DNA from: Octopus bimaculoides
Taxonomy: Eukaryota
Direction of reading: 5' to 3'
Assembly (NCBI RefSeq): GCF_001194135.2
Contig: NC_068986.1
Location: 73,227,661 to 73,265,162, forward strand
DNA length: 37,502 nt
The translations under genes were made by a program, and so were the position numbers. Numbering within the stretch: the first letter of the stretch is position 1; the number at the start of each line of letters is the position of its first letter. Shown in pieces: positions 1 through 11,626 of the stretch. The notes under the pieces are model-generated. The model saw only the letters and a program-made list of their open reading frames with translations. It was not told the origin of the DNA and searched no databases.

Positions 1-32
<32 letters not shown>

Positions 33-75
33 TGTATGTATATACATCTAGTCTAGTTAGTTAACATCTCGAGTT

Positions 76-269
76 ATAAGGACCGGTTTCCCGGTTTTAT
101 GATATATATATTCCCCATCTATTCCCGGTCTGTCGGAGGAATCCTCATTTTTGCCAGCTGAGTGGATTGGAACAACGTGGAATGAAGTGTTTTGCTCAAG
201 AACACAATGTGTCGCCCGGTCCAGGCATCGAAATCACAATCTTACTACCACGAGTCCAACTCCCTAACT
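76..269 (-). mobile_element. tRNA-derived SINE, 5'-clipped (group S2, tail type C)
   Basis: On the minus strand, a B-box-like GATTTCGATGCC is followed by the central block TGTGTTCTTGAGCAAAACACTTCATTCCACGTTG, which is shared with the copies at 7296-7580 and 14481-14757. Confidence 0.7.
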
Positions 270-278
270 ACATACATG

Positions 279-393
279 AAGGCAAAAATACGTTATTGTT
301 GATGCTGAAATTCCAATGAAGGAACCTTGGATCTAGGTTAGAAACTGGTTCTTTCTCTATTGGCAAGAAATCTTGAAATAAGCTGAATAATGA
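279..393 (+). repeat. (CATA)-bounded fragment, probable 3' end of a microsatellite-targeting retroelement
   Basis: Lies between CATACATG (271-278) and (CATA)7 (394-421). Family identity is recalled rather than proven within this window. Confidence 0.35.
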
Positions 394-421
394 CATACAT
401 ACATACATACATACATACATA
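394..421. repeat. (CATA)7 microsatellite
   Basis: Read directly from the sequence. Confidence 0.95.
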
Positions 422-1022
422 TGCGGCATCATGTTGTCGTTAAAACAATTTACAATGCCATCCGCAAAAAAGACAGTCCTGAAATAAACTTAGAAAATCC
501 CTCTGTTATGGAATACATTCATAAACACCAACTCAAGGAATAGAATATCCCCATTAAAACGTCTGTGAAATGTAAACATAATAGGCCGGATATTGTAGTT
601 TGGGACAGAGGGGCAAAGGTATGTACCGTCATAGAGGTTAGCTGCCCTGCAGATATAAATATCTCTTTGGAAATCAAAGAAAAAGAGGATATCTATGGTC
701 AACTGCTTCGAAACCTTCAGCTCCTATATCCAGACTATGAATTCATATTCATACCAATAATAATTGGAGCACTAAGTTTTGTTAGTAAATGCTTAAAGGA
801 GAATCTGGATAAACTGAGATTTTCAGAAAGAGAAATCGACCGGCTAATTCGTACATTAGAAGTGCAATCTGTGAGTGGAATAGTAAAAATATACAAGACT
901 TCTCTCAAGTTCCAAATGTGAATTTGTCTGTGTTAACTACATCCCAAAGATGGAGTCTTGTATCTTTGTTGGGAACCGGGTCCCTCAGTGGAAGATTTAT
1001 TATAGTTAAAATAGAGAATAGG
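422..1022 (+). mobile_element. 5'-truncated R4/Dong-type non-LTR retrotransposon 3' end (restriction-like endonuclease domain), family D
   Basis: ORF 565-921 has HNRPDIVV..IEVSCPAD..KEKEDIY..L...IPIIIGAL, a PD-(D/E)xK RLE signature. It is highly similar to 36502-37109 and is flanked by CATA repeats on both sides. Confidence 0.85.
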
Positions 1023-1841
1023 CATACATGCATACATATATGAATCTCCACACTCCTCTTCGTTACCAATTACGTATTAATATATATATATATATANNNN
1101 NNNNNNNNNNNNNNNNNNNNNNNNNNNNNNNNNNNNNNNNNNNNNNNNNNNNNNNNNNNNNNNNNNNNNNNNNNNNNNNNNNNNNNNNNNNNNNNNNNNN
1201 NNNNNNNNNNNNNNNNNNNNNNNNNNNNNNNNNNNNNNNNNNNNNNNNNNNNNNNNNNNNNNNNNNNNNNNNNNNNNNNNNNNNNNNNNNNNNNNNNNNN
1301 NNNNNNNNNNNNNNNNNNNNNNNNNNNNNNNNNNNNNNNNNNNNNNNNNNNNNNNNNNNNNNNNNNNNNNNNNNNNNNNNNNNNNNNNNNNNNNNNNNNN
1401 NNNNNNNNNNNNNNNNNNNNNNNNNNNNNNNNNNNNNNNNNNNNNNNNNNNNNNNNNNNNNNNNNNNNNNNNNNNNNNNNNNNNNNNNNNNNNNNNNNNN
1501 NNNNNNNNNNNNNNNNNNNNNNNNNNNNNNNNNNNNNNNNNNNNNNNNNNNNNNNNNNNNNNNNNNNNNNNNNNNNNNNNNNNNNNNNNNNNNNNNNNNN
1601 NNNNNNNNNNNNNNNNNNNNNNNNNNNNNNNNNNNNNNNNNNNNNNNNNNNNNNNNNNNNNNNNNNNNNNNNNNNNNNNNNNNNNNNNNNNNNNNNNNNN
1701 NNNNNNNNNNNNNNNNNNNNNNNNNNNNNNNNNNNNNNNNNNNNNNNNNNNNNNNNNNNNNNNNNNNNNNNNNNNNNNNNNNNNNNNNNNNNNNNNNNNN
1801 NNNNNNNNNNNNNNNNNNNNNNNNNNNNNNNNNNNNNNNNN

Positions 1842-3480
1842 ATAAAAAAAATGTATAATGAAATCGATGTTGAGGAAATGGCTGCATTGAGCCCCACTCT
1901 TAAGCAGTACCATTTAACTGTTAATTTATACAATTTTTGAAAGTTTTTTTCTTTCTTTTTGCATCTTTTCTTTTTTTTTTTCCATTTTTTTAAAAGTCTA
2001 TTTCCCTTTTTTTTTTCCTTTTAAAGGATTCCTTTATTGCCATTCATTAAGGGTATTAATTCTTCATATTTAACTACTTTTGGTAGTTCCTCAAATTCAT
2101 TCTCTTTTCCCAAAGGGTTCACCGCATCTCCAAATAGTTCTTTCAATCTTCTGTACCTTTCCTTGTCAATCACCAAACCTTTGATGTGTTCCTGGTAACT
2201 TTCTGTTGGCAGTTTAATCCTTATGGTACCGTTAAACTTCGTTATTTTCCGCTCTATGGCGGTGCTTTTCACATATGTAACTACATGCCACTTTTTCTTA
2301 TTCACATTTACTTGTTTATGCTCCGGACCTGGGCCGTCCGGACTAGTCGTTTCCCTTGGTTCCTCCATCTGTACATCAGAATAATCATCCACGATTATAT
2401 CTTCCACCCTATGCTGCGATACCTCTGCTGGTCCATCTGACCAGTTCCTCGGTACCTCCTTTATTTTCTTCTCTATTTCCTTCATTCTTTTTTGACTCTC
2501 TGGCAGAGAGTTCATCCGCTCTTTCCTCTTTCGCCTATTTACGACAGTAAATGGCTCCTCGTTATTTTCCTTTTTTTCCAGACCCCCCCTCTTCGGCGGG
2601 TTGTCCTTCGAGTTGTTGTTCCTCTACTTTACTTTCTTGCTGAGGGCACCTTGCTTTCATGTGCCCTCTTTGTTTACATAGAAAACATGTTGGAGGTCTA
2701 CCCTCCACCACCACTCTTAACGTAATGTCTTCTGGTAGAAGAATCTCTTCTACAATTCCGTGTAGGTCTTTTAACCTAACTTGAATCGCCCTCTTTAGGC
2801 CGTAGCCCCAACAATTAACTTTCTTCGTTCTGATTCTCTTCAAAATCCTTGCATCTTGCTCCATTCCGTGCATGATTGTTTCCACCAGCCATGCCTCTTC
2901 GATCTCGGGGAGCACTCTGCCGACTCTCACTCTGGCAACACGTTTGCCACAGTACGTCGGCAGCAGCACCCACTCTTGTGTCCTTATCGGCTCAGTGGAG
3001 TGATTAATAGCGTCCTCCTCGCTAGAGAACCTAACCGCCACTGTGCCGTATTTTGTTCCAGGTGGTAAGGATTTTCACGTCATGTAGACATTTCCTCAAT
3101 TGCCTCTATTGGGGCAATCTCTATTTTTTTGGTAGCGGTTGATAACGTCCTGTACACCACCGTTTTCTTTGCTACATCCTTCGTTACTGGTGTTCTGTTG
3201 GGGTCAGATTTAAACTGGCCCCTTCCTTTTGTAACAGTTTGTTTCCTTTTTTTCCATTCCTTTGTGTCTATTTTTATCTCGCGAACTTCAAGGGTGTTGG
3301 TCGTAATACCTTGTGTAGTTGCGGCTGCATAACTTGCGACACGCTCCATTTCACCTCCTTTCACCACTTCACCCACAACTGGGGAAGAAACAATCTCCAA
3401 AACAGGGAAAAACAGCGACAGAATTAATCAATTTAACAATTTAACGAATCTTGGTTCACCCGCGTGGGGTAACCTACAAC
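1842..3480 (-). mobile_element. L1/Tx1-type LINE 5' part: disrupted ORF1 with CCHC zinc knuckle
   Basis: ATG at 3349 begins MERVASYAAAT. Three ORF pieces (3080-3400, 2562-3041, 2021-2515) include VRVVVEGRPPTCFLCKQRGHMKARCP (CX2CX4HX4C) followed by a low-complexity charged tail. A possible degenerate ORF2 start lies near 1913, just before the N gap. Confidence 0.75.
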
Positions 3481-3572
3481 TATATATGATAACAGTGTGT
3501 AACAATTTAACTTACATTGTAAAAAAAGTCAACACCCCAAAATTGCGAGCCGACTCTCTTCCACTATTTGTC

Positions 3573-4057
3573 GAAAATTTCATTAAAAGCATATCCAATT
3601 TTTCTGAAAGTTATGAGGAAACAAAGTAGGTGGGGAGGGGGATGTAGACTTGTGTTGGTATTCCCTGAATGCTCGAGAGACATCTTATAGNNNNNNNNNN
3701 AGAAAATTTCATTAAAGAATATTCAATTTTTCTGAAAGTTATGAGGAAACAAAGTCTCCAACCGCGAAAAAAATGTTCACAACAAATTCTTATATAATCT
3801 GAATCTACACCATAAATTTGAAAAAAATTTGTTAAAAAATATCTAATTTATCTTAAAGTTGTGAGGAAACAAAGTCTCCAACCCCGAAAAAATGTTCATG
3901 ACAAATTCTTATATAATCTGAATCGACATCGCCTATTAGTAGAAAATTTCATTAAAAAATATCTATTTTTCTGAAAGTTATGAGGAAACAAAGTAGGTGG
4001 GGAGGGGGATGTAGACTTGTGTTGGTATTCCCTGAATGCTCGAGAGACATCTTATAG
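3573..4057. repeat. Tandem array of four ~120-bp units (A-B-B-A)
   Basis: GAAAATTTCATTAAA..TCTGAAAGTTATGAGGAAACAAAGT starts at 3573, 3702, 3820 and 3942. Units 1 and 4 share a 3' half, as do units 2 and 3. A 10-N gap lies at 3691-3700. Confidence 0.85.
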
Positions 4058-4604
4058 ATTCGTCGGAGCCATTTAAAATGAAGTTTATGTTTATTGCAGA
4101 AAGCATTTAAATTCATACTTGCAGAACTATACATAATATAATATAATACAGTTAGAAGATAAAAAAGACAAACTTCGACCAGAGACTAATACATCAATTA
4201 CATATGAACTAGAATAAACGTATAAAGTGATAAAAAAAACCCCAGACACCTGCATATATACACATACGTGTTCTTACATCTACACACGTATAGAGACATG
4301 CATACAGGCAAAAAGATATGTGAGTGTATGTGTGTGTGTGTGTGTCTGTATATTTATAAACATACATACATATTTGTATGTAGACGCTTTTCAATGACTT
4401 GCGCTCTCTCTTCAAGGTTGTTTGTTTTCCTGTCTTGTTTTTTGTCCGCCACTACATTCCTCCATGGCAAGATTTAATTTGTGTATACAAATTTAATTTG
4501 CGGTCCATGGGAAGAGCCGTTTTAACGATGCGTCCTGCCCAGCTCTTCGAAACGCCGGTGTTAAAACGGGGGTAGCTGATGAAGAAGAATGTTCTCTATG
4601 TGGC

Positions 4605-4606
<2 letters not shown>

Positions 4607-4655
<49 letters not shown>
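4607..4655. repeat. (TCTA)n microsatellite abutting a gap
   Basis: Read directly from the sequence. Confidence 0.95.
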
Positions 4656-4891
4656 NNNNNNNNNNNNNNNNNNNNNNNNNNNNNNNNNNNNNNNNNNNNN
4701 NNNNNNNNNNNNNNNNNNNNNNNNNNNNNNNNNNNNNNNNNNNNNNNNNNNNNNNNNNNNNNNNNNNNNNNNNNNNNNNNNNNNNNNNNNNNNNNNNNNN
4801 NNNNNNNNNNNNNNNNNNNNNNNNNNNNNNNNNNNNNNNNNNNNNNNNNNNNNNNNNNNNNNNNNNNNNNNNNNNNNNNNNNNNNNNNNNA

Positions 4892-4923
<32 letters not shown>

Positions 4924-4950
4924 CATATATATACACATACATACACATAC

Positions 4951-5248
4951 GTGGCTTAGTGGTTAAAGTAATCGGCTCACGATCATAAAGTTCGTGAGTT
5001 CGATTCCGGGCGGTATGTTGCATTGCGTTCTTGATCTCCAGCCCACTCATCTGGCGAAAATGAGCTCTACCTGTAATTCAAATGGCGGGCCTTGTCACAT
5101 TCCGTGTCACGCTGAATCTCCCTGAGAACTACGTTAAGGGTGCGCGTGTCTACGGAGTGCTCAGCTACTTGCACGTTAATTTCACTAGAAGGCTGTTCCG
5201 TGGATCAGATCAACTGGAACTCACGTCATTGTAACTGTCAGAGTGCCA
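4951..5248 (+). mobile_element. tRNA-derived SINE (group S2, tail type A)
   Basis: A box TGGCTTAGTGG and B box GTTCGATTCC. The tail CTTGTCACA..GTCACGCTGAAT..ACTACGTTAAGGGT..GTGCCA is shared with 33278-33663. Confidence 0.85.
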
Positions 5249-5277
5249 GTTTTTTTTTACACAGTTGTATGTAGATG

Positions 5278-5322
<45 letters not shown>

Positions 5323-5366
5323 CGTTTGCATGATTCTTGATGTGAATTTGTGTGTTGATACAAATC

Positions 5367-5701
5367 TTGTGTCTTAGGAAGGTCATCACGCCAATAATAA
5401 TAACACACGCACTGATTCAAAATCACTTCTTTGCCGTTAGTCGATTAGTTAAATATCTAACCAACCAACTAATCAATCATTTGTTTAATGTGCTGCTTAA
5501 ACAATCAATCGGTTGTTTGTTAGCGAAGGTCCTTTCGCCGCTATTCGCGACCTTTTCACTTATTTGCCCTTTCTCTTCAAGGTCTACCTTGTTGCTCAAT
5601 TAATTGGTTAGATATTTAACCAACTGACTAATAATAAAGAAGTGATATTGCACCAGCTCATGTGTTGTTATTATTGGTGTAATGACCTTCCTAAGACACA
5701 A
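5367..5701. mobile_element. Foldback/MITE with ~98-bp terminal inverted repeats
   Basis: 5367-5464 is the reverse complement of 5604-5701 (terminal TTGTGTCTTAGGAAGGTCA exact, roughly 80% overall). No clear TSD. Confidence 0.8.
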
Positions 5702-5752
5702 CAAAATATACATATAACAGCTTAAAAGCCGAACTCCGTGCGAACTTTCAAG

Positions 5753-6650
5753 CTAGCTCCCGAGGAGTGCTATTTGGGCCTGTGCCCCCAAACTAAAGAG
5801 TACAATAATAATAAAGCAGATTTATATCACAGAGTATCACATTTGGAGAATTTTGTATCACTGTGACTTTTGGAGATCACTGTAAAGCAGCAGGATAAAC
5901 AACATTCTTGGTTTTATCATCTGATCTAAATATAATGAGATTGTTGCCATTTCCAACTCTGGAACAACCAACACAGAGTTGACCATAGGAAAAACACTGC
6001 TTCATGAAGTAAACTCCAACAATTTTCAGTGATTGTCTTTGACTCTTGTTAATTAACTTTGCAAACTAACTCTTACTGGAAATTGAGGTCTCTTGAATTC
6101 CAAGGGTATGTCTACTGGAATCAGTGAAATTCTTGGAATAAACACATTTTCTCCCTTTCCTTGTCCAGCGAGGATTGTTGCTTTCAAAAAATGTGATGCA
6201 TTTGCTTGACGATCAATCTTGTTCCATTACACAACTTTGGAGGATCCAGATTTCTTAAAAGCATGATTAGAACTCATTTCTTCAATGTCAGTTTATGAAA
6301 AGGCATTCCAGGAGGAGCCAAAGAGTTAAGAAACTCAGTAGGATAATTCACATTGGAATCCACAACAGTATCAATCGAGAAATATTTTTTTCTTCAGTAA
6401 TGACTGGTTGCATAAGTTTACGATTGACAACCTGGACAGTTCCATTATTTGGTGCAAGTATGGCTCTTTCATAAAGCCAATTATGATCTTGAAAATTATG
6501 TCCAACGGTTGGGTAAATCTTGGTAATCAACTCTTCTACAGTTTCGACCAAAATGGCACAGCCATTTGGAAAAGTGATGTCTCCATTACTGTCTTGTTAA
6601 ATGCTTTCATTTCCCAGATCCCGTAACCGAGCTGTAAATCTTCCAGCATC
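5753..6650 (-). mobile_element. Helitron PIF1-like helicase C-terminal remnant (frameshifted)
   Basis: Minus-strand translation gives [69 protein letters not shown] and KNVVYP, with a stop at 5877-5879. A candidate 3' hairpin (5773-5792) and CTAG (5753-5756) are present, but the terminus is uncertain. Confidence 0.9.
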
Positions 6651-7265
6651 GAAATCTCTGAATAGGCGGAAGTTCGATTTGAGCTGAAAGTTCGAGTTCT
6701 TCAATATTTCTTTCCGAGCGCTTCAATTCATAAACTCCACGGAACTTCGAAACCCCACGAACACGAAACTTCTCACACTAACTTGGATCTAGTTTTAAAT
6801 GAACTGAATTGAAAATATCTTTTAAATTTGTAAAATTTTTGTGTTACTTAAAATTCAGTTTAAATGAAAAACTTGTAATTCCACAAATTTTTTGAGTTTT
6901 CAACTGTTAGCATATAACAAATCTTCATCCAGAGCTGATCCCAATGTTGGAAGTTCAAGAACCAAATAGAGGGGAGATTTTCAATCCTGGGATCATTCTG
7001 ATTCTCAAAAGATATAATATGATAGCATATTGTCAACTTAATGTGACAGCCCCAAGAAAGGGAAGAATGCTACTGTTATTTAGCCTTAGGGGAAACACCG
7101 TTTCCTGTTGGACTTGACACATTTCCTGTGTCCTTATGTTTTGAAAGTGGAGACAAGCACCTCTACCCAGCAAAGCCAGCATCCAGGTATAATATGTCTA
7201 TGTAGATCAAATGTAGACTAAGATACTGGGGTTCCAGACGGAAGGGCAGACAGAATTTTGCATTT

Positions 7266-7295
<30 letters not shown>

Positions 7296-7296
<1 letters not shown>

Positions 7297-7578
7297 ATGG
7301 ACTCTCCCGTCGTTAGACGTCGGCAAGAAATTGCCGAACTACCACACGGATGATTTGTTTATAGCGATCAAATGTTTGTGTACACATAAGCTCGCTCCCT
7401 CAATCAAATCGACATTACCTGTACAGGTGCACCGTGTGCCACATATCAGATGACGGAATGATCGCAGAGCGATGTGAAATTAAGTGCATTGCTCAAGAAA
7501 ACAACGCAACACCGGGTCTGGGAATCGAACCCGCGATCGTGAGTGCAACACTCTAACCCTTAAGCCATGTGCCTTCAC

Positions 7579-7580
<2 letters not shown>
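7296..7580 (-). mobile_element. tRNA-derived SINE (group S2, tail type B)
   Basis: Minus strand shows TGGCTTAAGGG (A-box-like) and GGTTCGATTCCC (B box), then the TTCTTGAGCAA core. The tail is homologous to 14481-14757 and the 3' end runs into (TA)n at 7268-7296. Confidence 0.8.
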
Positions 7581-7628
<48 letters not shown>

Positions 7629-9174
7629 TATATATGGAGGGAGAAAGAGAGAGATGTACATATACATATGTATTCACACGCTCACATAATAAACACATAT
7701 ATATCTACACCCAAATATATACACGTTTATGTATGTATGCTGAAGATACTGCAAGGCTGTTTTAGTATAAGCAGTTTTTAAATTAGACAGATTTAGCAAT
7801 TATTAATTGCAGGTGAGTAAGATGGAGCACTGTTGTGGTCGCTCCGTGTAATAGAACTATGAGAAACTTTGAGTGGAACTATAATGGAACTATGGTAGAA
7901 ATGACATCTACAAGAGACAAGCTATTAATTGTTCGGTTGTAAATATATACTTCCTTAACATTTGTAGGATAGAACTGTATTATTATTTCAACAAAATGTT
8001 TTTAGCAGAAATAATTACATCATTTCAGCACTTGTCATTCTACAGAGACATTCCTGTTTTGATGTTTACATTCATACACCTTAATATATTTTACTAAATA
8101 AAATATTTATCTAGAAAAGTTAATTTTTCATTACTAGTGAGGACTGTAAAAAAAAGGTAAGTGCAAAACGTTTCCCTTTCATGTTATCATTTCTCAAAGT
8201 TCACTTGGTCTCTTATTGACGTGATAGTTCAAAGAATTTCTGTAGTTCCAATTTTCTTTTATTATGGTCCACTTTATAAGCACATTTGTACTGCTTCAGA
8301 AAAGTGCTTCAATTTCAATTTAATCAGCTGTAATATTGACTAAAATTGAAAATCAGTAAAATGAAAAAAAAAAAATTAATTTAATCAGTTACAGATCAGA
8401 CTCTGACAAATTATATGAATTATTTCGGGGAATTCTTATAGCAATTTTTGATACTGGCTAGAAATGCTTAAAATCTAGAGTTTGGTTTTTATTGGAGTCA
8501 ACTTAGGGCATGTATGGCGGGATTTGAACTTTGAACGTGCAGGGTTTAAACAAATAAACGATTGTCGTACGACAATCTACCGGTCTTACCATTCAACAGC
8601 CTTCGAAGGTTCAAATATTGAAAAATCAACGGAACTATCTTGAATCTCTTAAACGTATGAAAACGCATACACATACATTCACGCATATATCNNNNNNNNN
8701 NNNNNNNNNNNNNNNNNNNNNNNNNNNNNNNNNNNNNNNNNNNNNNNNNNNNNNNNNNNNNNNNNNNNNNNNNNNNNNNNNNNNNNNNNNNNNNNNNNNN
8801 NNNNNNNNNNNNNNNNNNNNNNNNNNNNNNNNNNNNNNNNNNNNNNNNNNNNNNNNNNNNNNNNNNNNNNNNNNNNNNNNNNNNNNNNNNNNNNNNNNNN
8901 NNNNNNNNNNNNNNNNNNNNNNNNNNNNNNNNNNNNNNNNNNNNNNNNNNNNNNNNNNNNNNNNNNNNNNNNNNNNNNNNNNNNNNNNNNNNNNNNNNNN
9001 NNNNNNNNNNNNNNNNNNNNNNNNNNNNNNNNNNNNNNNNNNNNNNNNNNNNNNNNNNNNNNNNNNNNNNNNNNNNNNNNNNNNNNNNNNNNNNNNNNNN
9101 NNNNNNNNNNNNNNNNNNNNNNNNNNNNNNNNNNNNNNNNNNNNNNNNNNNNNNNNNNNNNNNNNNNNNNNNNN

Positions 9175-9660
9175 GGTTAGGGTTAGGGATTTTAAGGTTA
9201 GAGTTACGGAAAAATGTGAAAAATGAAGAAATTGGAGGGGGGGGGGGCAAAAATGTCTTTCCGAAAATAGTAGCTGAAAAACAGGAAAAAAAACAAACAA
9301 ACTAAAAGCAGTAGAAATGCACGAACGTTTGTGGTGGTGCCATGAAGTAAAACATGCTTCATATACACTCGTTTATTCATACAAACGTAACTGAGATGAA
9401 ATATGTCATAAATAACAGTGACAAACGAAATATACACCGCCGGAAGTTGTTATTGACAAACAACAGCAGTAATTTTATTCAGCTGAATACACGTCATTGA
9501 TTGGTTGAAATTACCGAAATACGACAACTTTAACACGAAATAACTTTGAAAATAGAAACTTTTCTCAACAGCACCAAGAGTAAAAGATGTTTTATATGAC
9601 ACATTCTACCAGTGTCCGAAGTTTGAAAATGTTTAGTTACAAAAATTAATTTCTCGATGT
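9175..9660. mobile_element. Older relative of the TTAGGG-containing MITE family (partial, left side in gap)
   Basis: GGTTAGGGTTAGGG at 9175. 9495-9640 (GATTGGTTGAAATTACCGAAATACGACAACTTTAACA..AAAAGATGTTTTATATGACACATT) is homologous to 30170-30305. Confidence 0.6.
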
Positions 9661-10739
9661 ACCGTTCAAAGATCTGTGTTTTTTTAAAAAAATATTCTAC
9701 GTCTAAAGGTACTTTTCCTGGACGATAGCATTAATATATTTTCTCTCCTTTAGTGAAGACGAAGTGTTTAAAAATTTGTTTCAAAATATTGAAATCTTTG
9801 AAATTTATAACCAGATAAAATTTTTTTTTTTTTTAAAAAGGAAACTACATCCAATTTCTTCTAACTTAATCGCTGATACAAAGAAAATCAAAAGTACACT
9901 AGACTGATCATATTTGATTGTCCTTTCGATATAAAATAAAATATATATATTGTTCGGTAAATCGCCATTAATCACCAAGAAAATTAATTCGATTTCAAAT
10001 TCATTGTAAATCGAATTGCTATTTCAAGTTTGACTTGAATATTAATATAGAGTAAAAAGAATGAGTCAGCTAGACCGTCAGACTAGTAATTATTAAAGAT
10101 TTCATCAAATATTTTATTTAACTTTCACATAATTTATTCTAAAAGAACAAATGTGTATATAATTACTTGTTCATGTTTTGTAGATATTATATAACAAATT
10201 TAATACTATCAAAACAAATAACTGATTCCACTTTCTGTTGTCCTTGCATATACCAATTCCCTGATCGTCATTAGTTTCTACAGTTTTCGTTTGTTTATCA
10301 AAGAAACCTAATTCCAACAGTGGTATTTGATTAATTTGGTTTTCATTTTCAAGCCATATATTCTCGTGTTTCAGATTTCCTTTCTAAACGGGCCGTCATG
10401 TTTTTCCTTTACGAGCCTTTTTATACATTCATCGAAATGGATGGTTATACAGTCACTATTGTATCTCAGAAAGATGAACAACTATTTATAGTTGTTAACA
10501 TTCGAACGGAATTGCTCTGTGGAGTGCAGCACTATAAGCAAAATCTTTACTATGCAGATACTACCAAAACGATATATTATTTCTATATTTACATGTCTAT
10601 ACAGTCAGTTGAAACTTCTGTGTTAAGTTGGTGAGCCACGAGAGATTGAGGATAAACGAATAAATAACAAATAAAATCACAAAAACTAGAAAAAAAAGGA
10701 AAGGAAAAAGGGAGAAAGAAGAACATGCAATGAATATTT

Positions 10740-11626
10740 GATTGTTTTACTAGTTCAATTATTTTGTAGCTTTCAAGAATTGGAAGCACTTTTCTATAGT
10801 TGGTAAATCCTTGAAAATAAATTGTATCCCCAACTTTCGTCGGCGTTGAGACAATTTTTTAAATGTCCTCTCTCTCAAAGCTTGCTTATGAAAGAATAGT
10901 GTTCAAAGTAATACGAGTTGTCCAGTTTGAAGCCAATAAAGTCTTTATTTATTAATCTTGTTCAATGTCTGATACAGTTTATACATTATTGATACTATCT
11001 CTGTCTGCGACAGTATTAGGATAAGATTAAAGTTCGGAGTTTATCTCACGATTTCCAATATTTTCTCCACCCTTCACTAATATGATTTTGTTGAAAGCTT
11101 TGACTTGTGTATAATATTTGAGCTGTAGCCTCGTACATCTGTTATATCTTTTTGTGCTCCATCTTTTTCCGATTCATCTGATTTTCTGTTTACCTTAAAT
11201 ATCTATGTGTCCAGGCAACCAAATAATTGTTACTTCTTTGTTAGCTTCCACTAAATAATTATTTATTTTTTGGAAAATATTTTTGATTATTTTAATCCGA
11301 CCTCTTTTTCTTGACCGTAATAGCTATAAGTTCGAAAGACAACTATTTTTTAATGGAATTTCCTTGACAAAGAATCTAAGAATGCTACTATAACTCACTG
11401 ATCTGAATCAAATGTAAAATCATGCTCATATTTGTAATATTATTTTGAAAATACCAAGTAGCCCTGCGCCCTTCTCTTTTCTCTGAATGCAACTCAACCG
11501 TATAACTGACCCAGTTATAAACAGTTTTATTGCGTGATGTTGTCACAGTATTAATTTGGTTTTCTGCTTTTGATATTTTATTGTTAATTTGAAAGATTTT
11601 AATTGTTCTAGCCCTGTAAGTAGTTT
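10740..11626 (-). mobile_element. Highly decayed LINE fragment with RNase H motif (I-group-like)
   Basis: Minus strand 11150-11245 reads EVTIIWLPGHIDI*G, then (frameshift) NRKSDESEKDGA, matching the WxPGHxxIxGNExADxxAK RNase H motif. Confidence 0.55.

Noticed and set aside
1028-1933. Long ORFs spanning X runs (also 4579-5050, 8546-9300, 11654-12170, 13952-14410, 14749-15396, 18065-18502, 19605-20135)
   Set aside because: Artefacts of N gaps, which contain no stop codons.
3573-4057. Regularly spaced repeats resembling a CRISPR array
   Set aside because: The 'spacers' are themselves repeated, the context is eukaryotic and there are no cas genes.
6785-6793. CTAGT as a Helitron 3' terminus
   Set aside because: It is on the wrong side and strand relative to the minus-strand helicase.
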